From NCBI GenBank assembly GCA_021513695.1, contig CP084166.1, positions 992,001 through 1,056,000 on the forward strand: a DNA stretch of 64,000 nt, written 5' to 3'. Made by a program: the position numbers and the translations under genes. This DNA comes from Candidatus Heimdallarchaeum aukensis (GTDB taxonomy: Archaea; Asgardarchaeota; Heimdallarchaeia; Heimdallarchaeales; Heimdallarchaeaceae). Position 1 is the stretch's first letter, and every line of letters begins with the position of its first letter. The notes beneath the pieces were generated by a model that saw nothing but the letters and a program-made list of their open reading frames with translations, was not told the origin of the DNA and ran no database searches. Positions 47,318 to 57,575 of this stretch are shown one piece after another.

Positions 47318-50300
47318 TTAATTTTCACTAAGATATTTTATTATTTTAGGAAGTAGGAAAACATTTTTTCTTAATGTTGAAAAACTTAATGCTTCTCCTA
47401 GAAGTGTGTGAACTTGTTTAGGTATTTTTCCAAACATTGGATGACTAACTACATATCCATAGGTAAATGATTTGAAATTCCCACTTTCTATTATTACACG
47501 CATTGGCTCTTCCAACAAGCTCATATCACCAAAGTAAATGCTTGATAATGGTGATGATAATGCTCTTAAACGTTCAATAGTTGCTTTTTCAATATCTTCA
47601 CTCAAAAAAATATCACTATCTTCTATTATATCAAGAGTTATTAATAAATATGAATCACCAGCAAATATAATTGGTGGACTTAAAAGTTTACTAAATTTTT
47701 TTGCTAATGAAAATGCATTATTTGTTGAGTTGATAAAATGATATAAGCTTGGATATTTTCTACTTTTTTCATCTTTTTTTACATTTCTTCCATAATAAGT
47801 TCTGACCATCTTTTCTAAGTAGTTTAATCCTTTATTTATTGTGTATAAGTTTCGAGGTTTTTCCAGATAATTAAGTATTTCTTGTTTATCTGTTTTGTCA
47901 TAAGCTTTTACTGTTACACGAAAACCTTTTGCTATTTGTTGATTAGTGACTTTATAGAATAGATAAGAAGGTATCGTCATATCATTCCATCTACCTGCTT
48001 CATTAAATGTAAGTATAAATTCAGGAGAGGGATATAATCTGAAATGGTTTAATGCTGTTTTTATAGATGGAAAATAATTTTTCAAAAAATCATCTAAATA
48101 GATATTATCAACTGAAAATGCTCTTTTACTAACTCTTCCAAATAGACTGAATTTTCTTTTAGTTCTTTCCGAAATCTTGCTTCTGCTAAAAACTGGTAGG
48201 ACATGTTCATTATTGTTGATTAGTATATCTCTAATAAAACTTCTTAACTGATGAAATTTGATATTTTGATCTTTTAGAGTGGCATTTTTGTTCAAAGCAG
48301 AAATCATAGACACTAATCTTGGCTTCAAATCTGTTTCTTCTCCTCTCATCCTTTTAATTACTTGCCTAAAATATTCTAGATTGATCATAGAATCGAAATA
48401 AGTTGTTGAGCCATAGTCTGTTTTTAAGGGGAAAGGAGGAAGGATAATTAAAATTTCATGCCATGAATATGTAGTTCCAAATGCTAATGAAGAGGTTCCT
48501 ACTATATTTTTTTTAGGTGTTTCTTCTATTAATAATGTGTCACGAGAATCGTGAGTAATAGAAACTGCATCATAATTGTTTAAATGGAGGTATTCTACTA
48601 ATGAATCTACAAACTGTTTATTGTTAACATAAAAAATTACTTTACCCTCTTGTAAATATTTTTCAAATGATTTTTTTCTATTGTCAATTCGTGATTTTTT
48701 TACAAGCTTGTCTAATATTTCAAAAATTTTTTTAAAATTTATTTCCTCTTCATATTTACCCTCACAAATAAATGATGCTGCACAATAATCAATATTGAAA
48801 TTTAAGAGATATCTCAGAAAAATACCTTTAATCGGAGTATTAATTATTTTAAATTCCTCTGGTTCTTGAATGTCTTCATTAAAATTAGTTATTTGAAATT
48901 GTGTCATCCATTTTTTTGAATTTGGATCAACTAATGTGTTCAACATGGAAATTACTAATTTCATACTTGTGATAGATGCATCAGTAATTACAAAGCGAGG
49001 AACATTTATGTTATTATTTACCATTAATCGATTCCTTGCTTCTATTAGTAAATCAATAAAATTTTTTGCAACTGTTGGTCCAGAATTAGTTAATTCATCA
49101 AAGATGAACATATATGTCTTTGTGAATAGTAATTTCCAATTGTATGATTGTTTTAGAAAATAATCTAAAGCTTGGGAAGATACTAATATAACTTTTTGTC
49201 CTTGTTTCTCTAGTGCTTTTTTCAATCGATTTCCTGTTTCACTGAAAATTGTTTCATACCCCTTAAGTGTTATTGGATCTCTTATTAACTCTTTTTCTCT
49301 TTTACCAATAATTAATTCTAAATGGACATTTTTTTCTATATCATTTTTGATTAATCTTTGAATTTTATCTTTAGTTTGTATTAAGGTTGTAATTCTTGGA
49401 CAGAAATACAGAATAGTAAAGTTTTTTTTAGTTTTTGCAAGCTTTTTAATATAATTTGCAATCACATAATTTTTTCCAACACCTTGAGATGAACCATTTA
49501 TTATTATATTATAACAATCATTGGTTAATAATTTTAGGAAGTTCTTCTCATGTTCTTTTCTTACATTTTCTATTTCGTTTCTAGTAACACTCTGTCTTTT
49601 TACGATAGAAGGTTGAATCTTCTCTTTAGTTTCAGGATAAGCTTCAATAAATTCTGTTTTTTCATCCTTCAAAATTATTTTTAACTCCTCTCCTCTAGTT
49701 CCTTCAAAAAAATACATTCTTTTATTGTTTTTTTCTTTTATTCTCATCGATATTTTTCCACTCATAAATAATTCAAAAATTCGTCTTCTTTCAAAATCTT
49801 CCAATATATATTCTTTCTTTTTACCAAATTCTGTTTCCACTATAGTACTAGGAATCAAGTTACATAGAAATCGTAATATTTTCCTTAAATCGGTTTCAGA
49901 TTTAATATGAAAAGAAGATATAGCTCCAGGTAAAACTATTTGAACTTCAATCTCACTGTTATAATTTTGAGTTTCGTTATAATATAATTGTGCATAGGAG
50001 AATACTTTTAAGTATTTCTGGAGAGCTGTTGCAATTCTGTAAAAATCTCTTGCAGGAATCTTTTTGTTCTTATGTAAATTTAGTTTTCTTAGTTTTTCCT
50101 TTGAAAAATCTTCGACAATTAATTGTTCAATATAATCTTGAAGTAATCGCTCTTTCGTCATATTTACAAAAAATATATATGATTTAATATCGCCAATACA
50201 TAAGAACTCGATTTGGTTCATTTCATAATTAAAGGCTTCCTCTTGATTGTTAGATGTTTTCTTTCTAATGATTATAAAATCAGGTTTTTTTTCCCTAAAT

Positions 50301-50779
50301 GTTGGTTCTATAAATATTTCTAATTCTGTATCTGGTTTTTTCCATTCAAGATTTGCATTTAGTAATACCGATATTGAACATTGAAATCCTGTTTTTATCA
50401 TTCTTAAGGCTGTATATCCCACTTTTTGTTCTTCCAAAATATCTGTGATTTCTCTTTCATCAATCTTTAAGTCTGTTCTAAACATTTGCCTTTTTTGAAA
50501 ATAATTTTTAAATATTAAGTACGAATCTGTGATGCTTGATTTTCTGATAAATAAATCGATTGCTTGTTCTATCTGTATTCCAATTACATTTTCAAGATAT
50601 GAATTCAACTCTATTCTATTTTCAATATCTAAAATAGGTGGTTCAATTCTTATGCCTACAAAAGGTTTAATGTTGTAGCATTTTGATTTTGACGCAATTC
50701 CAAGAAAGAATCCAAATTCAAGTGCTTCTCCATATATTAATGGTGCTATTCTATTAATTTTCTTTTCGTAATTTACCAT
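47318..50779 (-). CDS. Large (1153-aa) P-loop NTPase, possibly helicase-like
   Basis: Walker A-like INGSSQGVGKNYV sits around residue 425 and a Walker B-like hydrophobic-DE MFIFDELTNS sits about 125 aa later. There are further helicase-like stretches (VITDASIT, NIVGTSSLAFG). Flanking domains are unassigned. Confidence 0.5.
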   Translation of the reverse strand: MVNYEKKINRIAPLIYGEALEFGFFLGIASKSKCYNIKPFVGIRIEPPILDIENRIELNSYLENVIGIQIEQAIDLFIRKSSITDSYLIFKNYFQKRQMFRTDLKIDEREITDILEEQKVGYTALRMIKTGFQCSISVLLNANLEWKKPDTELEIFIEPTFREKKPDFIIIRKKTSNNQEEAFNYEMNQIEFLCIGDIKSYIFFVNMTKERLLQDYIEQLIVEDFSKEKLRKLNLHKNKKIPARDFYRIATALQKYLKVFSYAQLYYNETQNYNSEIEVQIVLPGAISSFHIKSETDLRKILRFLCNLIPSTIVETEFGKKKEYILEDFERRRIFELFMSGKISMRIKEKNNKRMYFFEGTRGEELKIILKDEKTEFIEAYPETKEKIQPSIVKRQSVTRNEIENVRKEHEKNFLKLLTNDCYNIIINGSSQGVGKNYVIANYIKKLAKTKKNFTILYFCPRITTLIQTKDKIQRLIKNDIEKNVHLELIIGKREKELIRDPITLKGYETIFSETGNRLKKALEKQGQKVILVSSQALDYFLKQSYNWKLLFTKTYMFIFDELTNSGPTVAKNFIDLLIEARNRLMVNNNINVPRFVITDASITSMKLVISMLNTLVDPNSKKWMTQFQITNFNEDIQEPEEFKIINTPIKGIFLRYLLNFNIDYCAASFICEGKYEEEINFKKIFEILDKLVKKSRIDNRKKSFEKYLQEGKVIFYVNNKQFVDSLVEYLHLNNYDAVSITHDSRDTLLIEETPKKNIVGTSSLAFGTTYSWHEILIILPPFPLKTDYGSTTYFDSMINLEYFRQVIKRMRGEETDLKPRLVSMISALNKNATLKDQNIKFHQLRSFIRDILINNNEHVLPVFSRSKISERTKRKFSLFGRVSKRAFSVDNIYLDDFLKNYFPSIKTALNHFRLYPSPEFILTFNEAGRWNDMTIPSYLFYKVTNQQIAKGFRVTVKAYDKTDKQEILNYLEKPRNLYTINKGLNYLEKMVRTYYGRNVKKDEKSRKYPSLYHFINSTNNAFSLAKKFSKLLSPPIIFAGDSYLLITLDIIEDSDIFLSEDIEKATIERLRALSSPLSSIYFGDMSLLEEPMRVIIESGNFKSFTYGYVVSHPMFGKIPKQVHTLLGEALSFSTLRKNVFLLPKIIKYLSEN

Positions 50780-50780
50780 T

Positions 50781-53702
50781 TTATATCAACTTCTCCTGAA
50801 TTTTTATTCTGTTTATCCCTTTGATGAAAATACTTGGATCTAGCAACTTTTTGGAATCAGGATATGGTAGATGAAATAACCTTTTTAAACTTTCAATACT
50901 AATTCCGCCTTTTTCATCTCCGTAAATGGTTAATATTCTTGAGAATTCTTTCAAATAAGAAATAGTTTCTTCAGACGATCTTTCATATGGTATTACAGTA
51001 AAAATAAGAGACGGTTGTAAATCTTTTTTAATTTCACCCTCAAGCTTTTCTTCTCTTCTCGAACCAAAAATCAACATTCCAACTATTTTTCTCTTATCTC
51101 TTCCATTATATTTCAAAGGTTCATTAATATATATAATTAATTGTCTATTTGATTTTGACTTTGGCAGTAATTTTCCAATTTCTCTTGAAGGAGTAAAAAT
51201 AGCTTTTTCATTAAAAACAAACAATGGAATTTTTAATTGTTTATTCTTTTCAAATATCCAGTCAATAATGGTATCTTCTTTACTAAGATCACTATCTTGT
51301 ATTTTTCTATTTACAGATTCAGATATAATGTCATAAGTGCTCTCCGTTCTTGAACTATGTTTAGCTCTTATTAAAATTAGAATATCTTCTTTTGCTAATT
51401 CTGATACTATTAGTGAGGCTAATTCAAAATTTATATCGCATCCTATGTTTCCAAATGAATCTTCTATAAAGTTTTCCTCCATTACATTAATTTCTCGTTC
51501 ATCAGTTAGGTGAGCATAAGCTGCGATATTTCTTATGTATCTTTGTTCTTCTTTAATTATTTCGACCCATTTTTCTGATGAAAGAGAAAGTAATAATATA
51601 TCTTTTGTTTTTATTAATTTATCAAGAGCTTTATCATGTAGAGTATATCCCGCTGTAGAAGTATTTTTTAAGGAGTGTGAAGTAAAATACCATTCATCCA
51701 TAAATAATCTTCCAAAAGCTTTATTTATATTATGATAATTTGATAAAAACTTGTACAAATAGATACCAGGTAAAGCAATTTTTTTCTCTTTGGAAGCTGT
51801 TTGATAAGTAAATAATTCTACTTTACCTATGTTATCAAAAGTATAAAATGAAAAAGGTCCATCGAAGTATTTTAAGATTTGATTTTTTGACCATACTACA
51901 TTCCCGTTTTTTCTAATACCATCTTTTGTCATCATTTGAACATTAATACGTCTTCTTGACCTATTGATTGTACTTTTATTTTGCCAGATTTTCTTTATTA
52001 TTTGCCTAATCTCTTTTTCTTTATATTCTTTTGATAAAGAATCAAAAGAAAAGCCTTGAGAATATTCGAAATATTTTGTTTCCCATGAGTGTACTCCTTT
52101 TAATAACATATAATAAAATTCATGAAAAAGACTTCTTTTTACTTTCTTCGATAAATATGGGATAAACCAAATGTTATCTCCTCCTTTTACAAATCTAAAT
52201 TCATGATTAAGCCTTGTTAAAGATTGTTTAATATCAGGGTCATTAATTAGGTATAGTATTGCACTATCTATAACTGCCTTTAAAGATGCAAAAAATCTAT
52301 AATTGTCGTTGTTTAGTCTTTCTCTCAAATCTGTATTAATTCTTTTGTGATATATTTCAATTTCTTCTGGAAAAAATTCAGTATTTGCTATAAGATAAGT
52401 GATAAATTCTTGTAATCCATATTCTTTATCTCCATACCAGATAGATGTTTTATTTTTTTCATCAATTCCTTCATTCTTTTTTAAATAAATATTTTCATGA
52501 ATAAAAACTATCAATCTTTTTGGATTTATTTGTTTGGGAGAGATGTTTATCTTTTGAATTCTTTCTAATTTCTCTTTTTTTGCGCATAAGTAATGATCAA
52601 ATTCTGGAAATTCACAATTTTCAACAATTTCCTTTAGTTTATCAAATAATTCTTCAAAATCTTTATAACTTATTTCGTTAAAACCTAAAAGTATTGAAAA
52701 AGCGAATAATTTATCTTTAATATCTTCAACCATTTCTAAGAATTCTTGGTCATTTGTATCCATTTGTTCCATTATCCATTCTTGAAGGTTAATGAGTAAA
52801 GGCAAGATTGTTTTTTCTTTATTCCAGCCTTCTCCATATATTCTGAAACAATAAAGGTTTTTATCATAATCTTCATGAAGATTAAGAAATTTTGGGCAGC
52901 TTCCTACAGAGATTAATCCAGGAAAAGAAGGAAATGACATACCTTTGAAACTATGATTTATTATTTTCTCAAACAGAGTTTTCTCTTCAGCTGATAATTT
53001 TTTAATAAATTTATCATTCTTAAGTAAGACGGTACATTCTTTCTTAAAATCTAAATATCTGTCGTATGCAGCATTACGAACTTCTTCATTTCTAATGTAT
53101 TTTATATAATATTTTACTAATTTTTTCTGAACTGGATTATTAATAATGTTTGAAAATTGCTCTGTAGCTTTAATGGAAACTTCTTCTGCTTTTAAAGCTG
53201 TTTTAAAAAATGAAATTGGAATCTCATTTTCATGAATTTTCTCATTTGCGTTTCTAAATCTTGATTCATTTTCTTGAATTTCAATATAAGAAAAAGTAGA
53301 ACCAACTTCTTCTGATTTCCATTCATCTCGCTTTGCTTTATCCCATAATGTTGCTGGATTTTCATACTTTTTTTCTTTTTTCATTAACTCTTCTTTAATT
53401 GTGATTATAACTTTGTCGCTTATCTCTAATAATGTAGTATTAGGACTTTGGACAATTCTAGATTTTAGCTTTTTCACCAGTAACCAATTTTGTAACGAGG
53501 GATCAGATATTTCATTAATTTCTTCTAATGTATTTTGATACGCTTTGTGAACTATTCTACAAAAATCATCAAAGGGATATGTTATAGTACAAAGCATATC
53601 AAAGAATTTTTTATCCTGAATATATTCTGAAATTAATTTTGAGAAGAATATAGACCAAAATTCTTTATCTATTCCTTCTGTTAGTTTTACTAATCTAGCC
53701 AC
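50781..53702 (-). CDS. Large (973-aa) hypothetical protein, first gene of a four-gene operon
   Basis: A long ORF with no recognisable motif. It ends 1 nt before the 1153-aa gene and is preceded by a 670-bp AT-rich non-coding region. Confidence 0.5.
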   Translation of the reverse strand: MARLVKLTEGIDKEFWSIFFSKLISEYIQDKKFFDMLCTITYPFDDFCRIVHKAYQNTLEEINEISDPSLQNWLLVKKLKSRIVQSPNTTLLEISDKVIITIKEELMKKEKKYENPATLWDKAKRDEWKSEEVGSTFSYIEIQENESRFRNANEKIHENEIPISFFKTALKAEEVSIKATEQFSNIINNPVQKKLVKYYIKYIRNEEVRNAAYDRYLDFKKECTVLLKNDKFIKKLSAEEKTLFEKIINHSFKGMSFPSFPGLISVGSCPKFLNLHEDYDKNLYCFRIYGEGWNKEKTILPLLINLQEWIMEQMDTNDQEFLEMVEDIKDKLFAFSILLGFNEISYKDFEELFDKLKEIVENCEFPEFDHYLCAKKEKLERIQKINISPKQINPKRLIVFIHENIYLKKNEGIDEKNKTSIWYGDKEYGLQEFITYLIANTEFFPEEIEIYHKRINTDLRERLNNDNYRFFASLKAVIDSAILYLINDPDIKQSLTRLNHEFRFVKGGDNIWFIPYLSKKVKRSLFHEFYYMLLKGVHSWETKYFEYSQGFSFDSLSKEYKEKEIRQIIKKIWQNKSTINRSRRRINVQMMTKDGIRKNGNVVWSKNQILKYFDGPFSFYTFDNIGKVELFTYQTASKEKKIALPGIYLYKFLSNYHNINKAFGRLFMDEWYFTSHSLKNTSTAGYTLHDKALDKLIKTKDILLLSLSSEKWVEIIKEEQRYIRNIAAYAHLTDEREINVMEENFIEDSFGNIGCDINFELASLIVSELAKEDILILIRAKHSSRTESTYDIISESVNRKIQDSDLSKEDTIIDWIFEKNKQLKIPLFVFNEKAIFTPSREIGKLLPKSKSNRQLIIYINEPLKYNGRDKRKIVGMLIFGSRREEKLEGEIKKDLQPSLIFTVIPYERSSEETISYLKEFSRILTIYGDEKGGISIESLKRLFHLPYPDSKKLLDPSIFIKGINRIKIQEKLI

Positions 53703-54374
53703 AAACTTCTCTCCTCATAGGTAATTGTACTAAAACTTATCTTGAATGTTAAACAATTTCTTTTTTTATTTATATAATTTTTGATAATAAATGTTTTCAT
53801 CTTTTATTCATTTATTATCTGTATTCAATAAATTATTCATGAGTTTAGTTTTATCTTTTTAATATTAATCAAAAATATGCTATATGTTTAACTTTGACGA
53901 CTTAGAGTAATCTCAAATTGTTGTTATAGTAGTTAGATTTATTTTTTATTTATATTCACCCACTAAAGTTTTATTTAACTCGCTTCAACTCTTTAAATTA
54001 AATATGTCTAGTTGATAGATACATTTTCATCCTCCTATACGCTTGAAAATACTAGATGATTCTCTAGTTTAAATTATATGGTTAATGTAAGAAGATATAC
54101 AAGTTTAAATGCCATAAAACGGAGACGTTGGCCATGAAACAAAAATAAATAGAATACTGTTGTTTTCTAAGTGCAAAGAAAAATATATAGAAGTATAAAA
54201 TACAAAAATTAGTGTAAGAGAAAAATAAGAAACTCAACAAGAATTTACAAAAAGTAGTTTAGCATAAAAAATAAGAAAGTATTTTATTATGGTGCAATTG
54301 CTAAGACATGACAAAATAATATGGTTGTTTGGTGATTTAATTAGAAAAATTTAATAACCAAAGTAATTAAAAAA

Positions 54375-55127
54375 TTGAGGATGGAAATAGAGCATATTTT
54401 TTTTGACGACGGAGGAGTGCTAAACAATAATAATTTAAGAGAGAAACAGTGGCAAAAACTAATTTACGAGTTTTTTAGTCCTAAATATGGGAAAACACTA
54501 GATGATTGGAGTAAAGCAAACGAATACGCATTTCAAAGGTACTTAAAAAACTATTACAACTCAATAAAGGATGATCCTGACATAGATTATAAAGAACTAA
54601 TATCTTTCTTAGAGTTCAACTGGATTAAGGATATGTTTGTTTACCTCGATTTAATGGAGAATTTTCCAGATAAACCATTGAAGCTAGCTAGAGAAGCAGT
54701 AGTTTGGATCACACAAAGAGTGCAATCTGCTGTTCCTGGAATAGTTGAAGTCGTTAAAGAGCTAGCTAACCAGGGATATAAACTATATACGGCTTCAGCT
54801 GAAAATTCTTGGGAATTGAAAGGATATTTAAAAGGAATGGGTATAGACCACCTTTTTACCGAGTTTTATGGATTAGATGTCCTAAATAGAGCAGGAAAAG
54901 ATACTATTTTTTATAAACGTATGTTTGAACATGCTGGCGTGGAACCTAAAAATTCTATAGTTATTGACGATAGACCCAACAAGTTGTATTTTGCAAAAGA
55001 AACAGGAGCAACAGTAATACAGTCTAGAGTGTTAAAAGAGCATGATGTGGCAGTGAAATACTTTTATGAAAGAGCGGAAGAACTACTACCTCTTATTGAA
55101 AAAATTAACAACACAAATAAACTATGA
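54375..55127 (+). CDS. HAD-superfamily hydrolase
   Basis: Motif I IFFDDGGVLNNN (DxDG-like) and a C-terminal VIDDRPNK (motif IV DD). Confidence 0.6.
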   Translation: MRMEIEHIFFDDGGVLNNNNLREKQWQKLIYEFFSPKYGKTLDDWSKANEYAFQRYLKNYYNSIKDDPDIDYKELISFLEFNWIKDMFVYLDLMENFPDKPLKLAREAVVWITQRVQSAVPGIVEVVKELANQGYKLYTASAENSWELKGYLKGMGIDHLFTEFYGLDVLNRAGKDTIFYKRMFEHAGVEPKNSIVIDDRPNKLYFAKETGATVIQSRVLKEHDVAVKYFYERAEELLPLIEKINNTNKL

Positions 55128-55185
55128 AAAATTAAAGTGTAGAAACTAAAACAAATAAAAAATGAAAAAAAATTCTTCAAAATTT

Positions 55186-55995
55186 CTATTCTTTTACGAA
55201 AGATTGATGGCCAAAGATAATTATTACCAATAACGCGTAGACAAAGAAAAGAACTGATCTTACTATTTCTGTTTTATCACCTAAATCAAACATTTCTCCA
55301 AAGAGGTTAACAAAAAAATGAAAGAAAATAACTGCTAAAATACTTCTGTTAGTGTTGTTAAATACCCAAGTTATTAATATAGATTGGATTATTATGTTGA
55401 ACATAAATAACCAAAATTGATAACTATTGAACCCTAACTCATTTTGATAAGTTCCTTTAATGAAAAAAAGTGGAATATGCCAAACAGCCCAAATGAGACC
55501 AAGGAATAAACTGGATAGCAAAGCGGAAAAATTAAGTTGTAATTTGTCTAAAGCATATCCTCTCCACCCTACTTCTTCGAAAAAAACAGCAACAAGGTTC
55601 AAGCTTATTGTTACAAAAATTAGACTTGGATTTGTAAAAAAATTTCTTATTCCAGTAAAATTACTCTCACCAAATTTAAAAAGATAAGCTATTAGAATTG
55701 CTAATAGTGAAGCTGATAAAGTAACAACTATTATAATGCCAAACCAAGAAAAACCAATACGACTAAAATTAATAACTCTTTTCCAAAATTCTTTTTTGTT
55801 ACTTTCTTTGTTTAAATAGAGAAGAATAAGAGAAACAACAGAAGGGCCTGTTCCTCCAAGAATATAGAAAATGACAGTAGGAAATTGAAGAGCTTCTTTT
55901 TTGGAGAATATAGCAATAAACCAAAAAGACCAGGAATAAATTAAGGTAAAAGCTAAATAAGACCAAGGAGAAAAAAAAACATTTTTTTCTAACAT
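55186..55995 (-). CDS. CPBP-family (CAAX protease / Abi) intramembrane metalloprotease
   Basis: Eight TM helices with FFEEVGWRGYA (EExxxR), AVWHIPLF (FxxxH) and FFHFFVN (second His motif). Confidence 0.75.
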   Translation of the reverse strand: MLEKNVFFSPWSYLAFTLIYSWSFWFIAIFSKKEALQFPTVIFYILGGTGPSVVSLILLYLNKESNKKEFWKRVINFSRIGFSWFGIIIVVTLSASLLAILIAYLFKFGESNFTGIRNFFTNPSLIFVTISLNLVAVFFEEVGWRGYALDKLQLNFSALLSSLFLGLIWAVWHIPLFFIKGTYQNELGFNSYQFWLFMFNIIIQSILITWVFNNTNRSILAVIFFHFFVNLFGEMFDLGDKTEIVRSVLFFVYALLVIIIFGHQSFVKE

Positions 55996-56187
55996 TTAAT
56001 GTCAATTCAAATAAATCTTATTTAATTATTACCATTTGATTTTTAGAATTAGAAAGTTTCATTGAATTACATTTTCAAAGCTCTAAAATAAGAGAATTTC
56101 TGAAAAATTAGTTTTTTAATATTACAAAAAAGAAAGGAGAAGAAAAAAAAGAAACTTATTTGGTTATAATCTAAACCTTTGTAGAAT

Positions 56188-57369
56188 TTAGAGTAAATTC
56201 AAGGATTTGTGCTTTTCTACAATAGTTTGTACTAACTGATCTAGCGCTTTGAAATCCTCTTCTTTTGGATAGCCTTTACAGTATACTGGAGTTAGAATTT
56301 CGGCACTTTTTAATTTAGGAACCATAGCAACTACTTGTTTTACAGTATTTGAAAACCAGCCGTAGGAACCTATTACAGTTATGAATTTTATTTTTGGTCT
56401 AATAGCATTCAGTAGATAGGTTGCATAAACTGCAAGAGGATGAGGACCTGCATGTACAGTGGGTGTTCCAAGAACAACAGTAGCTGCTCCCACAAGATTA
56501 ATAGCAAGTTTACCTATATCTCCTCCTACTAAATCGAATTGATAAGCTGTTATACCTTCTTCAGCTAACTTTCCTACAAGGTATTCTACCATTTTTCTAG
56601 TTGTCCCGTGCATAGAAACATAAGGAATGACAACCAGATTCTCTCTTTTGTCAGAGATCCATTCTTCATAAGCATTGAGGATAAATTCTGGTTTATCATA
56701 AATAGGCCCGTGACTCGGGCAGATAAGTTTTATGTCTAACTCTGCAATTTTAGCCATATTACGCTTTATAATGTTACTAAATGGCATCATTATTTCTGCA
56801 AAATATCTTTTGGCAGCTTCGTAGACCAACCCCTCGTCAGTGACGTAAAGATCAGTTGTTGCTATATGTGAACCAAAGAAATCACATGAAAAAAGAATTT
56901 TGTCTTCAACTAAATAACTAACCATTGTTTCAGGCCAATGAACCCAAGGAGTATGAATAAAACGTAAAGTTTTATCACCTAAGGATATTTCTTCTCCATC
57001 TTCAACTACTTTAAACTGTTCTTCTGGGATAAGAAGATGGTTTGTTAACATGTCTTTTCCTTTTTCTGTAGTAACTACAGTAGCAGAAGGAAAGAGCTCT
57101 AAAACGGCAGGAATAGCTCCTGAATGATCTTGTTCAGAGTGATGGGAGATGATGTAATCTATTTGAGAAATAGAACTTAGCTGTTCTAATAGTTTCTCTG
57201 TCATTGGTGGATCGACAGAGTCAATTAGCGCTGTTTTTTCCTTTCCTTTGATTAAGTAAGCGTTATAGCTTGTTCCATCAGGTAAAGGAATAAGGGAGTC
57301 AAAAAGCCTTCTATCCCAATCAACAGCTCCTAACCAATATACGTTTTTAATTATTTCACGCATTTTCAT
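56188..57369 (-). CDS. Flavodiiron protein (metallo-beta-lactamase-like diiron domain + flavodoxin domain)
   Basis: An N-terminal VYWLGAVDWDRRLFD, a di-iron ligand motif HHSEQDHSG, and a C-terminal flavodoxin-like VVIPYVSMHGTTRKM. Confidence 0.85.
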   Translation of the reverse strand: MKMREIIKNVYWLGAVDWDRRLFDSLIPLPDGTSYNAYLIKGKEKTALIDSVDPPMTEKLLEQLSSISQIDYIISHHSEQDHSGAIPAVLELFPSATVVTTEKGKDMLTNHLLIPEEQFKVVEDGEEISLGDKTLRFIHTPWVHWPETMVSYLVEDKILFSCDFFGSHIATTDLYVTDEGLVYEAAKRYFAEIMMPFSNIIKRNMAKIAELDIKLICPSHGPIYDKPEFILNAYEEWISDKRENLVVIPYVSMHGTTRKMVEYLVGKLAEEGITAYQFDLVGGDIGKLAINLVGAATVVLGTPTVHAGPHPLAVYATYLLNAIRPKIKFITVIGSYGWFSNTVKQVVAMVPKLKSAEILTPVYCKGYPKEEDFKALDQLVQTIVEKHKSLNLL

Positions 57370-57575
57370 AGTAAAATGAACTATTTATTATTAAAAAACA
57401 TTTCTTTTAAACAACAAATTTGAATGCTTAATTAGTCCGTCTTTTTAAATTTCTATTTTCTAAAACGTTATTTTGCCTTTCCTTTTCTCCTTTTTCTAAT
57501 CCTTTTTCACCATTTTGTTTTTGAAGCTTAGAAACGACCTTTGATTTTTTCCAGTTCTATCGTTAGTTAAGATAT

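Noticed and set aside
53703-54374. 670-bp gene-free AT-rich stretch considered as a possible degraded gene or origin-like region
   Set aside because: It has no ORF remnants, repeats or DnaA/ORB-like motifs. It is most simply the promoter/5' region of the four-gene operon.
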